Shown here: positions 1-12,680 of the stretch, in pieces
Numbering within the stretch: position 1 is the first letter of the stretch
Layout of the letters: every line of letters begins with the position of its first letter
Assembly: GCF_001194135.2 (NCBI RefSeq)
Contig: NC_069000.1
Coordinates: forward strand, 27,511,325 to 27,555,009
From: Octopus bimaculoides
Lineage: Eukaryota
Length of the DNA: 43,685 nucleotides
Direction: 5' to 3'
Notes under the pieces: generated by a model
Seen by the model: only the letters and a program-made list of their open reading frames with translations
Told to the model about the DNA's origin: nothing
Databases searched by the model: none
Program-made: the position numbers and the translations under genes

Positions 1-137
1 CCCATAATTTTAGACTTTTAGATTCACTTCTAGACAGCCATACCAATTATGATGATAATAATAGTAATGATAATAATAATAATAATAATAACAATTACTC
101 CTGTAATACAACACACTCCTATGGTAGCAATAGCTAT

Positions 138-602
138 ATGGATAAAAATTTAGGTAATAAGTACAACATTTGTAAATATAACAATAACTATCACAACAAT
201 AAGATTAGTATCTCGGAATCTAATCGTAACAGAATCAAGTTTTTGAGTGTGAATGCAAGGACCAAAAATGTGGTTTATCAATGTAAGGTAACGACTAACA
301 CAGAGGTCTTGCATTACGTAGGTTGCTCTTCGTTGCAGGTCTCTAGGAGAATCTCTAACCATTACTCAACCTTTAGGGATGGGAATAGAAATAATAGTAC
401 CGGTCTTAGTAAGTTAATCTGGAAACTTAAGGACTGCAATAAACAATTCTCTTTAGAATGGTCAATACTGGCTACCTCAATACCTGACGACAAGGATAAA
501 GATTTTTGTCCTCTCTGTAACTTGGAGCTATTCCACATTCTGTTCTCCAAGAATAATTTAGTGAACCAGATAACACAGAGAGCATACGGATGCCAGTATT
601 GA
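138..602 (+). pseudogene. PLE GIY-YIG endonuclease remnant (Naiad-like)
   Basis: VVYQCKV...HYVG...RISNHYSTF...STGLSKLIWKLKD...WSIL...CPLCNLE is the PLE C-terminal GIY-YIG layout. No RT is visible upstream in the window. Confidence 0.8.
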
Positions 603-1268
603 AGAAAACACACCTTCAGCTCATTTCATTTATTTCATCCTTTTTACTAATTTTAGTTATTTTTTTTCACCTACCAACATACTCACTAGTTAACAGCCAC
701 TTTATATGTGGTATGAACTATCACCCCACTTTGTATTTATTTTTATTAAACTTTAGACAATAAATCTCCTCCAGTTACGTCCATTTATCCATTTGGTTCA
801 TCCCTACAACTTTTCCTTCTTGCTTGATGATCCTCTTAATATTATTATTATTCTTATTAACTCTCTTTGTAGTTTTTTTTTATCCATTGGATTTAAATAT
901 ATTTTAGTTAATTATAACTTTGTAGTTTTTGTTTCCCACCTTTGTAACCAGATATGTTAATACAACGTCTCTGCATCGTACACACTGGAACATAACTTTA
1001 ATATCAATTTTTCGTTGACATCAATATCTCTTTTAATTTGTCCATCATACTGCTCCCACCACCTAGGTTTTTTCTATTATTAAAAATTTTTGTTTTTAAT
1101 TGTTTATTCATTCATTTATTAATTTACTTATTTCTTAATAGTAATAAATATTTTATTATAGCATATCCATCTCCTTAATATTTATATTAATAACAATAAT
1201 AGTAATAATAATAAATTTATTATTAATTTATAATAATAATAATAACAATGAGAATAATAACATAATAA

Positions 1269-1990
1269 TCCGTATATATATAAGACAGGATGTGTGTTTG
1301 TGTGTGTGTGTGTGTGTACGTGATTGTACTTTATGCACGTCCACAAATTAGAACGCATCTCGCTCCAATTTTCGTCAACTTTTTCTCTCAGAGGCACCCG
1401 CGTATAGCTGTAAAAATCGATAAACTTTTACCAATTTTGAAGTTTGGTGACATGGTGAAGTCAAATCTGTGCGTACGCGTGTGAAGGAGAGAGAGAGAAA
1501 GAAAGAAATAGTGTGTTTGTGACAAGGGGAGTTACAGAGTGTTTGCTAGCATCTAACAAAAAAAAAGTCAACAAAAAGTGGGAAAGAGAGACAAAGCGTC
1601 TAAGGAAAAAAAATTTCTCTAACCAAGACAGAGTTTGTTTGCCAGCGTTTAACAAAAAAAAAGGAACGAAAAAGTGGAAGAGGGAGACAAAGCGTATTAC
1701 AAAAGAAAATGTAGGTAAAGAAGACAGAATAAGTGTAAAATGTAAAATGCTTTTTTTTTTCTTAAACATGAGATATAGTTTCAAATATAAGATGTTTTTG
1801 AAAGACGCTATATACTATAATGAGATTATATATACTTTCTCACACAACAATTAAAATATATTTATTTTAAATCATTTATTTATTTTAAATCGTTCATCTT
1901 TCTCCCCCCTCTCACTCTCACACACATGCACATATACTACTTTGAGAGCGAACGAGTTTTGTTTATATTTCACAACAACTATGAAACAAA
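1269..1990 (+). mobile_element. Possible non-autonomous Helitron-like element
   Basis: Starts A^TC followed by (TA)n and (GT)n, as in the other Helitron 5' ends here. Contains an internal ~94-bp degenerate duplication (about 1534 and 1628). No clear 3' terminus. Confidence 0.35.
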
Positions 1991-2098
1991 AAGGTATGTA
2001 ACAATTTGTCAGTCACACCCCCAACCCGTTTTTCGGACCACAAAAAGGGTTTGGCAATTTTTCAGATTAACACCCGCACGATTTCCACTAGGGTGTTA

Positions 2099-2196
2099 CG
2101 GTTAAGGTTTTAGGGTTAGGGTTAGGGTTTTACGGTTAGGATTAGGGTTGGTGTTAGGGTTACAGTTTTAGGGTTAGGGTTTAGGGTTAGAGTTAA
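2099..2196 (+). repeat. Degenerate interstitial TTAGGG-like tract
   Basis: Several perfect TTAGGG units mixed with variants such as TTACGG, TTAAGG and TTAGGA. Confidence 0.85.
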
Positions 2197-3129
2197 CCTA
2201 GAAGGGACAGGCCTCTTATTTTTTGGTTAAGGCTATTGGTAAGTTTTCCTAAGTTACTCCAATCCAGATCCACAATGCAAACCTTCAGATCAACCTTCTC
2301 CTATGCAGATCTCTAATGCAACTTTAAAAAAACAGTCAATGAGTGGAAATAACCAATAAACTGATTCCTTATGGGATTTCCCAATCAAATTGCCAGCAAA
2401 CCATTTTCAGCCAAACCAATTTCAACGGATTTCAGTCAAATCTGATGTCGCTCTTACTTATTTTGGTTTGAAATAAAGCACTTGATCACTTAATAATCCT
2501 AGCTTAATCCCTGGCAGCGCCAGGCTATACTGCTAATATTATCTAAAATAACAATTATATCTAACTCCAACACCAGTTGTTCACACTCTCTCTCCTTCTC
2601 TAGTTAGTACAGCAAGTTTAACCCCTGTAAAGTTATATTCGTAGAGTTTTAAGTATATTTAAATATATACTATCGATTTTTTTATCGTAAGTATGTTTAT
2701 TCCTATTATTTCATCACTTTATAGTTTTGTACCTTGTATTGCCATTTATTTAGGTTAATTACAGTAACTTAATGGTGAATTATATTTACAATCCATCTTT
2801 AATTTTCCTTCCTTATAAACGTTTATTTACATAATTAGTCGTATAAAAAATTTACTCTTTACACAAATTCATTGGATTCTCTCCCTTTCTCCTTCCAATT
2901 ACAATAAATTTTTATTACCATTATTATTAACTTTAAGAATTTTCTGCAGATCATTATGTCTTCTTTTAATTTAAACTTTTAGTATGGTGTTCATAGCCTC
3001 TCTCCCTAAACAGCTCCCTGTAAACTAGCGTTCTTGTTTCTAACGGTTATTTAACTTAGCTATATAGTGTTATTCCTCGTACGTAAACTTAGCATTCAGC
3101 ACAAGTCTTGCATTTGTAATATGGTTCCC

Positions 3130-3229
3130 NNNNNNNNNNNNNNNNNNNNNNNNNNNNNNNNNNNNNNNNNNNNNNNNNNNNNNNNNNNNNNNNNNNNNNN
3201 NNNNNNNNNNNNNNNNNNNNNNNNNNNNN
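3130..3229. other. Assembly gap of exactly 100 N (likely unsized scaffold join)
   Basis: Direct count gives 100 N. A fixed 100-N gap is the usual convention for a gap of unknown size. Confidence 0.85.
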
Positions 3230-3930
3230 CTATGTGTGGTCTTAATATCTGTGAGAGGAAGAATGACAGCCTATAATTGACCATAAACCCATTGCAGACC
3301 TTATCATGGGCCCCCCATGTCGACCGATTTGTGGTGCCAATATTGCCAGCAGAATTAGCATAGAAATCCTGTCTAGACACCCCGGTGATGCATCGTTGCG
3401 GCAAATACAGGAGTCGGTCCTCATAACTGACCATGGACTGACCATGTAACATCTCTTCTCGTAAGTTACCCCATCATTTCGTTTTTGTCTTGCTATTACA
3501 TGTTTTATTATGAACTCCTTGAAGAGAAATAAATGAGAAACCCCAACAGCTCTTTCTTCTTTGTGAAAGAACTATCATTTATTTTGAAACATATGTAGGA
3601 ATTAATGGAACTTTTATTAACATGCGTTTTTGCTCCATTTATTATTATCCATATCTTCTCAAAATGCATCACTTTAACTTGGTATATCTACCTGTAAAAC
3701 GGCTGTGATATCTTGTTTTTTAGTGTAATTTTGCTACCTGGTAACTATTAACGTATTTAAATTATCAAAAGTTTTAATAACTGAGATAATATTAATATAT
3801 ACATAAACTAATATATATATATATGTATATATACATATATATTGTTGTATTTGGGGATGGATATGTTGCCAGTTTAGCCAATAAAAACACACACACTATA
3901 TATTTGTTGTTAATTTGCTTCAACTTTATA

Positions 3931-3970
3931 TTACGTTAATCGTCACACTTCTGTGACCTCATCAGTGGTC
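3931..3970 (-). ncRNA. Decayed hammerhead ribozyme motif 3' of the PLE
   Basis: CTGATGA, then a GTCACA/TGTGAC stem with GAAG loop, then GATTAACG where GAAAC is expected. Confidence 0.45.
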
Positions 3971-5600
3971 CTTTGCTTTCTTCTTTCTTATTTGTGTGTC
4001 CCTCCGTACTAACAATTAGACATTTTGTATTTTGTATTCCTATTGTATGTGTCTATATTTGCGCATGCGTATCCCTCTATGTGTGTCTATGTTTAGTAAG
4101 TGCATGTGTGTGTATAGGGAGTGCCTGTATTATCTGTATCCCCTGTTTATACATGTTCGTTTAATTTGTTTTTATTTGTTTGTTCATGTGTTTATACCTA
4201 CTTTTTTTTACTTGTATTTAATTTTATTTTGTTAACGTACCTAGTTATTTAATTCCATTTGTTTATCTGTGTATTGTATTATATTTTGTTCATATTGTTA
4301 TCAGTTTATGGGGATTTTATTGTCGTATGTTGTGGTTTGTTGGGGGTGTGTGCTAGTGTTCCATTCCAGTTTCCTATTCAGGCTAGGCTTATCTTCTATT
4401 ATGTGTGTAGCTTCTGTAATTTGTCTAAGCGCTGCATCTGTTCTATGTGTGGACAAGATTTTAATTTCTATGTTGTTGAGTGAGCCTCCATGTTCCTGCT
4501 CAGCGTGTTTGTACAGAACTGATGAGCTCTTCTTTTCCTTAAGTTCCCTCCAATGTCCATTTACCCGTTCTCCTATGCTCCGTGCTGTTTCCCCTATGTA
4601 CGTAGTCTTGTTACTGCATCGTCCCTCTGTACATCTTATACTATAGACCACATTTCTGGCTTTACAGTTTGTTTGTGGGCTAAATCTACATATAGTACAG
4701 TTCCTAATCAGTACAGGGGTTTCTACTAAAAGGGTAGGTTCTACCGATAAGGGATATGATAGGGTTGCCTGGCCTTTCAACAACCTTAATTCTTAGCTTA
4801 AGTTTGTCTAGGGCCCTTCCAAAGCAGTATGCCAGTTCGCCTCTAGGGGTGGTGTCAACGAACATGACACTCTGGTATTTGTGGCTATCATACCATGAGT
4901 TGGCCTTCCCTATTTTCTTCTTAGTCCTTTCAATGGTGTTCCATGACTTGCTCCTATAGAGTAGGCAAATCCCATTCCTATCGTTACATTTGATGGTTTC
5001 AAATTTCCTCATAGCTCCTTTGTATACTCTGATCCTTTCTTTATGGCTGTAACTCGAGAACTGCATGCGGTGAACGAAATGTTGTATATGTCTCTTNNNN
5101 NNNNNNTGATGAGGTCTGCCATCAATATATTGAATTTGGCATTGTCCGCGATAGCTGAGTTCCGGTGGATCAGGTATTTGGAGGCAATAGGTTTGGCATA
5201 GTGTGAATGAAGGATTCGGGTTTTATTATTCTCAGTTTCCAGCCAGAGTTCTGTATCTGGTACTGGCAGTCTATGCTTAGGGTGTTTAGTAGGGTAGTCT
5301 ATTGTGACCTTAATACTCTAGTGGATGGAGTTAGCTATTTGCTGGATGCTCTCCATAGTATTAGTTTCTATTTCTATTTCAAGAGTACTCTCTTGTGGGG
5401 GTGTCTTTACCACTACGTTGATATCATCAACATATTGAGAGTACATATTCACGAGTATGGAGTTCTGTGTCAGGCGTTCCTTAAGCCTTCTGTCCCACCA
5501 TACCATGAAGAGGTTGTTGCCTAATGTGAGCCCAGAGCAATCTCTTATATCTTCCACTATTTCAGTATTATGTGTCAAAAGTGAAACAATAACATCTCTC
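3931..5600 (-). mobile_element. PLE remnant (Neptune-like): RT, linker, GIY-YIG and 3' UTR
   Basis: Fragments in order on the minus strand: FMVWWDRRL...YVDDIN (RT, 5318-5578); YRSKSW...SVMFVDTTPRGEL...IKVVERPG (4704-5066); CTIC...NVVYSIRC...YIGETARS...GH...KH...LRQITEA (GIY-YIG, 4301-4783). Broken by frameshifts. The clade name is from recalled motifs and is tentative. Confidence 0.88.
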
Positions 5601-5658
5601 TATTGTAATGTCAGATACTTTCACTTTAATAGTTTCACTGTTAATACTGAAACTATTA

Positions 5659-5705
<47 letters not shown>

Positions 5706-5785
5706 AATATATACAGACATACATATATACATTCATACATATACATAATATATATTATGTATATATATATATATATATATATATA

Positions 5786-8524
5786 CTAGCAGCTAAGCCC
5801 AGTTTCACCCGGTCTGTTTGGATGATGTGGCTGTGATTGTTTTCGGTTAGGCATAATCTATAACAGCATTTCTCAGCCTTACCATTTCGGGTCCCATTTC
5901 GATTGGAGCCTCCAGTTGTATGAAAATTTCCTCACCTCCCCTCCGTCAGAAAACAGCTTCACCCGTTCCCCCACTCCAAAAAAAACACCCTTTACTCTTT
6001 ACTCTTTTACTTGTTTCAGTCATTTGACTGCGGCCATGCTGGAGCACCACCTTTAGTTGAGCAAATCAACCCCAGGACTTATTCTTTGTAAGCCTAGTAC
6101 TAATTCTATCGGTCCCTTTTGCCGAACCACTAAGTTACGGGGGACGTAAACACACCAGCATCGGTTGTCAAGCGATGTTGGGGAGTCAAACACAGACACA
6201 CAAACACACACACATATATATANNNNNNNNNNNNNNNNNNNNNNNNNNNNNNNNNNNNNNNNNNNNNNNNNNNNNNNNNNNNNNNNNNNNNNNNNNNNNN
6301 NNNNNNNNNNNNNNNNNNNNNNNNNNNNNNNNNNNNNNNNNNNNNNNNNNNNNNNNNNNNNNNNNNNNNNNNNNNNNNNNNNNNNNNNNNNNNNNNNNNN
6401 NNNNNNNNNNNNNNNNNNNNNNNNNNNNNNNNNNNNNNNNNNNNNNNNNNNNNNNNNNNNNNNNNNNNNNNNNNNNNNNNNNNNNNNNNNNNNNNNNNNN
6501 NNNNNNNNNNNNNNNNNNNNNNNNNNNNNNNNNNNNNNNNNNNNNNNNNNNNNNNNNNNNNNNNNNNNNNNNNNNNNNNNNNNNNNNNNNNNNNNNNNNN
6601 NNNNNNNNNNNNNNNNNNNNNNNNNNNNNNNNNNNNNNNNNNNNNNNNNNNNNNNNNNNNNNNNNNNNNNNNNNNNNNNNNNNNNNNNNNNNNNNNNNNN
6701 NNNNNNNNNNNNNNNNNNNNNNNNNNNNNNNNNNNNNNNNNNNNNNNNNNNNNNNNNNNNNNNNNNNNNNNNNNNNNNNNNNNNNNNNNNNNNNNNNNNN
6801 NNNNNNNNNNNNNNNNNNNNNNNNNNNNNNNNNNNNNNNNNNNNNNNNNNNNNNNNNNNNNNNNNNNNNNNNNNNNNNNNNNNNNNNNNNNNNNNNNNNN
6901 NNNNNNNNNNNNNNNNNNNNNNNNNNNNNNNNNNNNNNNNNNNNNNNNNNNNNNNNNNNNNNNNNNNNNNNNNNNNNNNNNNNNNNNNNNNNNNNNNNNN
7001 NNNNNNNNNNNNNNNNNNNNNNNNNNNNNNNNNNNNNNNNNNNNNNNNNNNNNNNNNNNNNNNNNGATTTCTGGCAAAAAAATAATTTTTAAATAAACAA
7101 ATTTGGGAGAAAATGGAGGGGGGGGGCGAAGTCTTTCTAAAATATCTTCTCGGAAAACAGCTTCAGGAGTTGTGAAGAAAGAATTTGTACGTAATCTGTT
7201 TCTGAGAACTATTCTATTGGACTTTTGTCTAATCACATCTGTTAAGGTACACACACATACATAGAAAATGTAAGGTCATGGTAGAAAATTTTTACGATAG
7301 TTGATTTATGGAAAATATTATGTTAAATTTTTGAAATGCAAATCTGTGAATGAAAATTAAGTTCAGACCTCTACATGGTAGGTAGACCTAGTAGAAATAG
7401 CAACCAAATCTCCCTCAAAATACTGTACTGTATTAATGCGACAATTCTGTGTATTATGTAGTTTGAATGAGAAACTGTAACTAAAGATGAAGATAATTAA
7501 CCCCACAAAGATGTGAAAGAAGGGAGACAGCATAGCAAAAGTTTTGGCAGGCTGTCATCCTGTAGTCCCTTTGTTGCTGTGTGAGCAACTGGTTGTTTTA
7601 ATGGTGGAACAAAGAGGGGATTTGCTTTAGAAAAAGTTGTAATCGATTTTCTCGGTAAGTATGGGGGCTAGGAAAAAAATAGAAGAGGCATTAAGAAGTT
7701 CATGTTAAGAATTGCTTTAACAGTTAGAAAGTGTTTGACATTTCAATCATCACCAAAAAATGAAGCTGTAAGAATTTACGGGGAAATTGTATGTAAGAAG
7801 TAAAGCAGAAATGATTTGTAACTGTACTGCCAAAGTTCTGCAACTTAATAGCAGACATATCCAATTTAAGAAATGTNNNNNNNNNNGAAGTAAAGCAGAA
7901 ATGATTTGTAACTGTACTGCCAAAGTTCTGCAACTTAATAGCAGACATATCCAATTTAAGAAATGTGAAGATAAAAGCTAAGTGGAGAAGTATGGAATAA
8001 GTCATTGTTATACGCTTATAGAAAAAATAGACACGTACCTTTTTAGAGAACAAAATATAACTGAGAGCTATTGTATTAGATGTTTGTCTAATCAGAGAGC
8101 AGAAATTGAAAGAAGATATATGAAATGGATGTGTATGTGAGTGTGTTTTTGCGGATAATTTGGTGGGAGTTTTGCAGTCAGCACGAGGTGGTTTGTGTTT
8201 ATCTCTCGAGTCGAACTGTTGTGAATTTGTCTGTAATAGCAATGCCCGGACAGGTGAGTGAAAATATTTTTTTAATATGTGGTTGGGGAAACAAGGGGAT
8301 CTTTTGAAGTCGGTGTGAAAGCGAAAGAGACAGAGAAGGCGTGGTTGTATGAGTGAAGTTTGTTTGAAGTTGCGTGAGAGGGAAGAATTGATGTGCATGC
8401 GTGCTTGTGTCTGTGTGTGTGTGTGTTTGATGGGGTGTGCGAGACAGAATGTGTGGTGTGTATATGAATTGCTTTTGTGAGTGCGTGTGAAGAGACAGAG
8501 AGAGTAATGTTGATGGTGTGTGTG

Positions 8525-8563
<39 letters not shown>

Positions 8564-8565
8564 AC
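5786..8565 (-). mobile_element. Non-autonomous Helitron-like element, family A copy 1 (interrupted by a SINE and gaps)
   Basis: The minus-strand 3' end is CTAG^T with a nearby GC-rich motif. Several blocks are shared with 28698-29733. The 5' end was not identified. Confidence 0.65.
5991..6222 (-). mobile_element. tRNA-SINE, 3' half
   Basis: Reverse complement of the 3' half of the full copy at 35779-36182. Confidence 0.85.
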
Positions 8566-8795
8566 TGCTAATGTAGCAGAACATGGTATTGGCTTATAAA
8601 AACATTTAATATACTTTATAGTATATTATAGTTGCATACCAAAATACCATGTACCTACAAATCATTAGTCTTTACATACTAATTGCTACATCCAATAACT
8701 TAACACCTCTGTATGCGGTGGCTATATAAGCAATGTGTTTGGAGGCAAGAATGGGTTAGATAGGTGATGATGAAGAAGCAAAACCCCACTGAAAT

Positions 8796-9350
8796 ATGAC
8801 ATATACACTCATTACCCATTTTTGTCTTCGATCTCATTATTTGGAAGCTGGAGCTTCTCTTGCTGAATTGCTGTTCAAACATCACTTGCAGATTGCTTTT
8901 CATTTACTGAAACCAGATACTTCTCATCAAATTCTTAGGGTTCAATATGATATGGAACAAAGAACAAAAATATTGCATCTGCTGTTTATATTCATAAAGG
9001 ATGACTGTGTATTTGCACAGAACTTTGGAGCTGGTGAATGCTGGGTAGAAGGCACTGTGCCCAGATAGTTGAGTTATGTGTTACAATCTGAAGCTTTGAA
9101 CCCAGTCAGCTGAAGCATTGGCACCTCATATTCCTACTGTTACAGCGGCTGGGGTTCTTATTATTCCTAGAATGCCTACAGTTTTTAAGTTACCTGAAAT
9201 GCCAGGTAAAGTTACTGAATTGCTTAAGGTGTCAATTACTGCTGATTCTCCTCTGTTTCTTCCAGTACATCTAAAGTGCTGACTGGTCCCAAAGCTCATA
9301 GGTGGTGTTACTGATGTCAACTGCCCTCCAGGTTTCAAGATTACATACAT
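8796..9350 (+). pseudogene. Ty3/Gypsy integrase C-terminal remnant
   Basis: GASLAELLFKHHLQIAFHLLKP resembles GxSPAELLFxRxLRTRLDLLKP. FAQNFGAGECWVEGTV resembles the GPY/F region. Ends with QLPSRFQDYI, a typical pol terminus. Confidence 0.7.
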
Positions 9351-9980
9351 GGAAAACATTAATTAATAGTGTTGGAGTTGTTGTACCAGCAAGAACATGG
9401 AAGCAGGAGAAACAATTTCAGTGTTAGTTGTCCAACTATCTATGCAATTCTCCAGCAGAGAAAAGGTCTAAAAGGTGCTTGAAACTGACAGTGGGAGCTA
9501 TCTTGAAGCATGACTAAGGATAAACAAAACTTGTGTTGAAGTTCCAGTATGCAGTCCTCACATTTAAATAAACAACAGTTCCATGGCCATGTTAAGCAAA
9601 TCTTATATTGCTTTGATCTATGGTTGATAGTGCAGCCTCGCAATCTTATTTTTCAAACTGGTTTCATCGTTACTTTTTGAATGCTTCACTTACATTTCTC
9701 TCTTTTTCTAATGTTAATTAAAGTAAACAGGACATTGCACATGACACTGTAAGTCCTTCCCAAACTGGTGAGATAAAGGCAACCAAAGACAACGTAATGG
9801 TGTTCAAATGTGCTGCATATTGGATCTATTGTCAGTAATGTGTAAATACAACTTAGATTGCTAGTTTTCCTTTGTTGTAGTATATAGCTGTTCAAATATG
9901 TGTGTGTGTGTGTGTGCATGTGCATATGTGTGTGTTTGTAGACATATATTTATATATATATATATATCTCTTTACCACAG

Positions 9981-10041
9981 GTTCATCTCAATATCCATGG
10001 TGTTCATTAATAAATACTTATTAAGTAGCAAACAACTGAAG
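9981..10041 (+). CDS. SLC35C1: GDP-fucose transporter 1-like, coding exon 2 (G+FISISMVFINKYLLSSKQLK)
   Basis: 61 nt between a tttaccacag acceptor and a gtaagt donor. The only open frame gives SISMVFINKYLL, the conserved SLC35C1 TM1 motif (SISMVFLNKYLL). It ends in phase 0. Confidence 0.9.
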
Positions 10042-10536
10042 GTAAGTCATCTTCATCAGTTTTAGTTTCAGAACTTAACATTATCATATTCCCCCTCTCC
10101 TACTAATCACTATACAGTGCACCTGACCACTACATTTAATATATCCAACTGTGAAACTGTTCCTCTGTTCTACCCAGTGTGTTTCCTTAATTAATTGCAT
10201 GTCTACTCTGATATTTTCATTATTACTGGTTTTATTTTTGGGTTTTTTTAAATCAAAAATTAAACAAAAAGTAAGACAAAATATTTATATAATTTTTGCC
10301 AATTAATTGGACATTAAATACATAACCCAGTTCTGTTCAAGCTATCCCCTATACTCGGCAACCTACAGGTTGTTTTAAAAGCCCTAGCAAAATCAGTTAT
10401 ATAATGAAAATAATAGTGCAAAATACATTTAACAACAAAAAATATGCCAGCTAAAAAAACTTGCCCACTCACTTTTTGTTAACATTGTATGAAATATTCT
10501 TTCACCCTTTTTTGTTGTTAATATTGTATTAGATAA

Positions 10537-10737
10537 GGTGGCGAGCTGACAGAATCATTAGCATGCTGGGTGAAATGCTTAGCTGCATTTCATCCATCTT
10601 TATGTTTTGAGTTCAGATTCCTCCATGGCTGACTTTGCCTCTTGTCCTATCAAGATTGATAAAATAAGTACCAGTTTATGTAATCAACTTATCGCCTTCC
10701 CCAAATTGCTGGTCTGGTGCTAAAATTTAAAATCAAT
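10537..10737 (+). mobile_element. tRNA-SINE, second family
   Basis: GGTGGCGAGCTGACAGAATC head, GAGTTCAGATTCC B-box-like motif, and a central GACTTTGCC...GATAAAATAAGTACCAG block. Related copies at 20357 and 34205. Confidence 0.7.
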
Positions 10738-10939
10738 ATTGTGTCAGATACCTGTATAATAAAATAGGGAAATGTTCATCAAAAATAATTCTTGTTGTGT
10801 TTTTTTCTGTAAGGGATGCCATGTAGTTCATTGAATCAACTTTAATATAATATAAGGGCAGTGAAGGAAAAGGTGTAGAGTTTGAAAGGGAAACTTAGAG
10901 TGTGAAAATTGAATACATGGTTAGGGAGGGGAGAACTAA

Positions 10940-11545
10940 TGAGGGAAACAAAGTCTTGTTGTAGCTCAGGATCAGGCTCATGCAACCACCTCTATAAAGA
11001 AGTCTATGTACAAGATTACTGTAAGTGACAAGTGCCACTTTTGTGGGAAAGATGTTCAAAATGTGACGCATATTGTCAGTGGATGTGAGATATTTGCACA
11101 ATGTAAATACAAAGCCTACCATACCAAAATGAGTCAGCATGTTTGCTGGAACCTCTGTATGCTCTGTGGATTAGAAGTACATGAGAAATAGTATGAACAC
11201 AAAGGTCAAAGTCAGTCATGGAAAACAAACAGTGCTAAAATTCTGGACCAAACATTACATTGATGGTCAAAGAGTCCTACAAAACTTTCATTATTGTTAT
11301 AGCAATCCCAAGTGACCATAATTAGTAGCTGAGGTCAAAACGATTACCATCCTTGCAAAGGTGAAGGTAAAACTAGAAAGAATGTGGAATACCACTACTA
11401 ACATTATTCCTGTACTGGTTAGAACATTGGGGTCTGTCTCAGAAACTCTTACAATTCCTTGTTCAACTTAAAATCAAATATGATATCAGCACTATAAAAA
11501 AAGAACTGCCTTATTAGGCACTGTTCATATCATGATGGAGAGACC
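10940..11545 (+). pseudogene. R4/Dong-type non-LTR retrotransposon 3' end (zinc knuckle and restriction-like endonuclease)
   Basis: VAQDQA...CHFCGKDVQNVTHIVSGCEIFAQ..YKAYH...WNLC, then IAIPSD, ERMW, IPVLVRTLGSV and TALLGTVHI, with stops and frameshifts. Confidence 0.82.
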
Positions 11546-11599
11546 TTAAAGAAAATCAAGCCAGTTTTTAGACACCATGAGAAGCACAATGTTTAACTA

Positions 11600-12215
11600 C
11601 TCCCCTGCTCACTCAACTGGGAATCCTCCCAGTCTGTTGCTACTTGAAGTAGACAACTGCCAAGACAGACGTGAATAAGTGTGGTATTTAGAAATATAGC
11701 TCATTGGGCAGACTATGCAATCTTTGTCAAACTGGCCGAGCTTATCCACCACTTCATCAGCAGAAATCAGATTTTCACAATATTCAGTTCCCTGTCTAGT
11801 AGTAGTTTCTACCACCAAGGCCCAATGGATTGCTTTTGTGGCTTCATGTTTCAGCACATGCAACTTAAGTTGGATAATGCACCCTTTATGTTTCATGTTG
11901 AAGAACTGGTTGAGGACCATTCTTGCATCTAGCACATCTTTTATAATAATACTTCTCTTCTTTTCTATTATTCTCTGCACTTATATTGTTGCTAAAACTA
12001 ACAAATGCTTTTCTGATTTTTCCTTTTAGTGAAACTTATCACTTATTTTTGATGATGGCTCCTATCAATTCTTGCTTAACTAGTGCAGTAACCCAATATC
12101 TTAACGCTTTGTTCCTTGAAGGATGGATTTGTTTTCAGTTACTGGGTCCGTGTCAATTTGTCTTTTCTAAATTGGTTGTAAAGTACACAAATTTGTGGTC
12201 TGAGTAGCCACCTGC
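11600..12215 (-). pseudogene. Possible decayed LINE (end of APE domain and linker)
   Basis: Only GYSDHKFVYF near 12200 resembles the APE SDH motif. The rest could not be recognised. Confidence 0.25.
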
Positions 12216-12680
12216 CTAAACTGTGGGCAACTTATACAATGTCTAACTGTTAACCTGATGAAAACCCTAAATACAATCTAGATGACTCATGTAATTTCAC
12301 CAAGCCTGCATTGGCACATTAGGGAAATCAAAGCAAAACCTTCAAACACTTGAAAATGCTTGTGAAGTTTTGCAAGGTTTTTGCATCCCACTCCCCTTTA
12401 GGCTATTTCCACTTAATCATTGCATTTCAATCTTCTATTGATGAGAGGAGCCAAGCTTATTATAATATCTTCATCTGACTAGTTACTGATTATATACCCT
12501 TTTGCATATTTCATCTGCAATTTGTGGTTATTATGATTATTATGTAACTCCAGGCTTCCTACAAGAGCTGTTGAGCTGTGAATTTATATATTTTCTTATC
12601 TTATTCTGTACTATTCTGCATTTTTTGTATTCCATATTGGGTTGGCAAGAAAGTAATTTTGTTTTCCGCAAAATAGAGTT

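Noticed and set aside
600-602. TGA ending the first GIY-YIG ORF as possible selenocysteine
   Set aside because: It falls at a basic-residue position after the terminal Cys (C-Q-Y-*-R-K), which is better explained by CGA-to-TGA decay.
6130-7254. Long ORFs in the track (also 26572-26939, 27569-28217, 41987-42916)
   Set aside because: They are open only because they run through N gaps.
7797-7966. 80-bp exact tandem duplication
   Set aside because: Two identical copies flank a 10-N gap, which is the signature of unmerged contig overlap rather than biology.
9400-9650. Gypsy gag or protease-like words downstream of the integrase remnant
   Set aside because: Too weak, and in the wrong order relative to pol.
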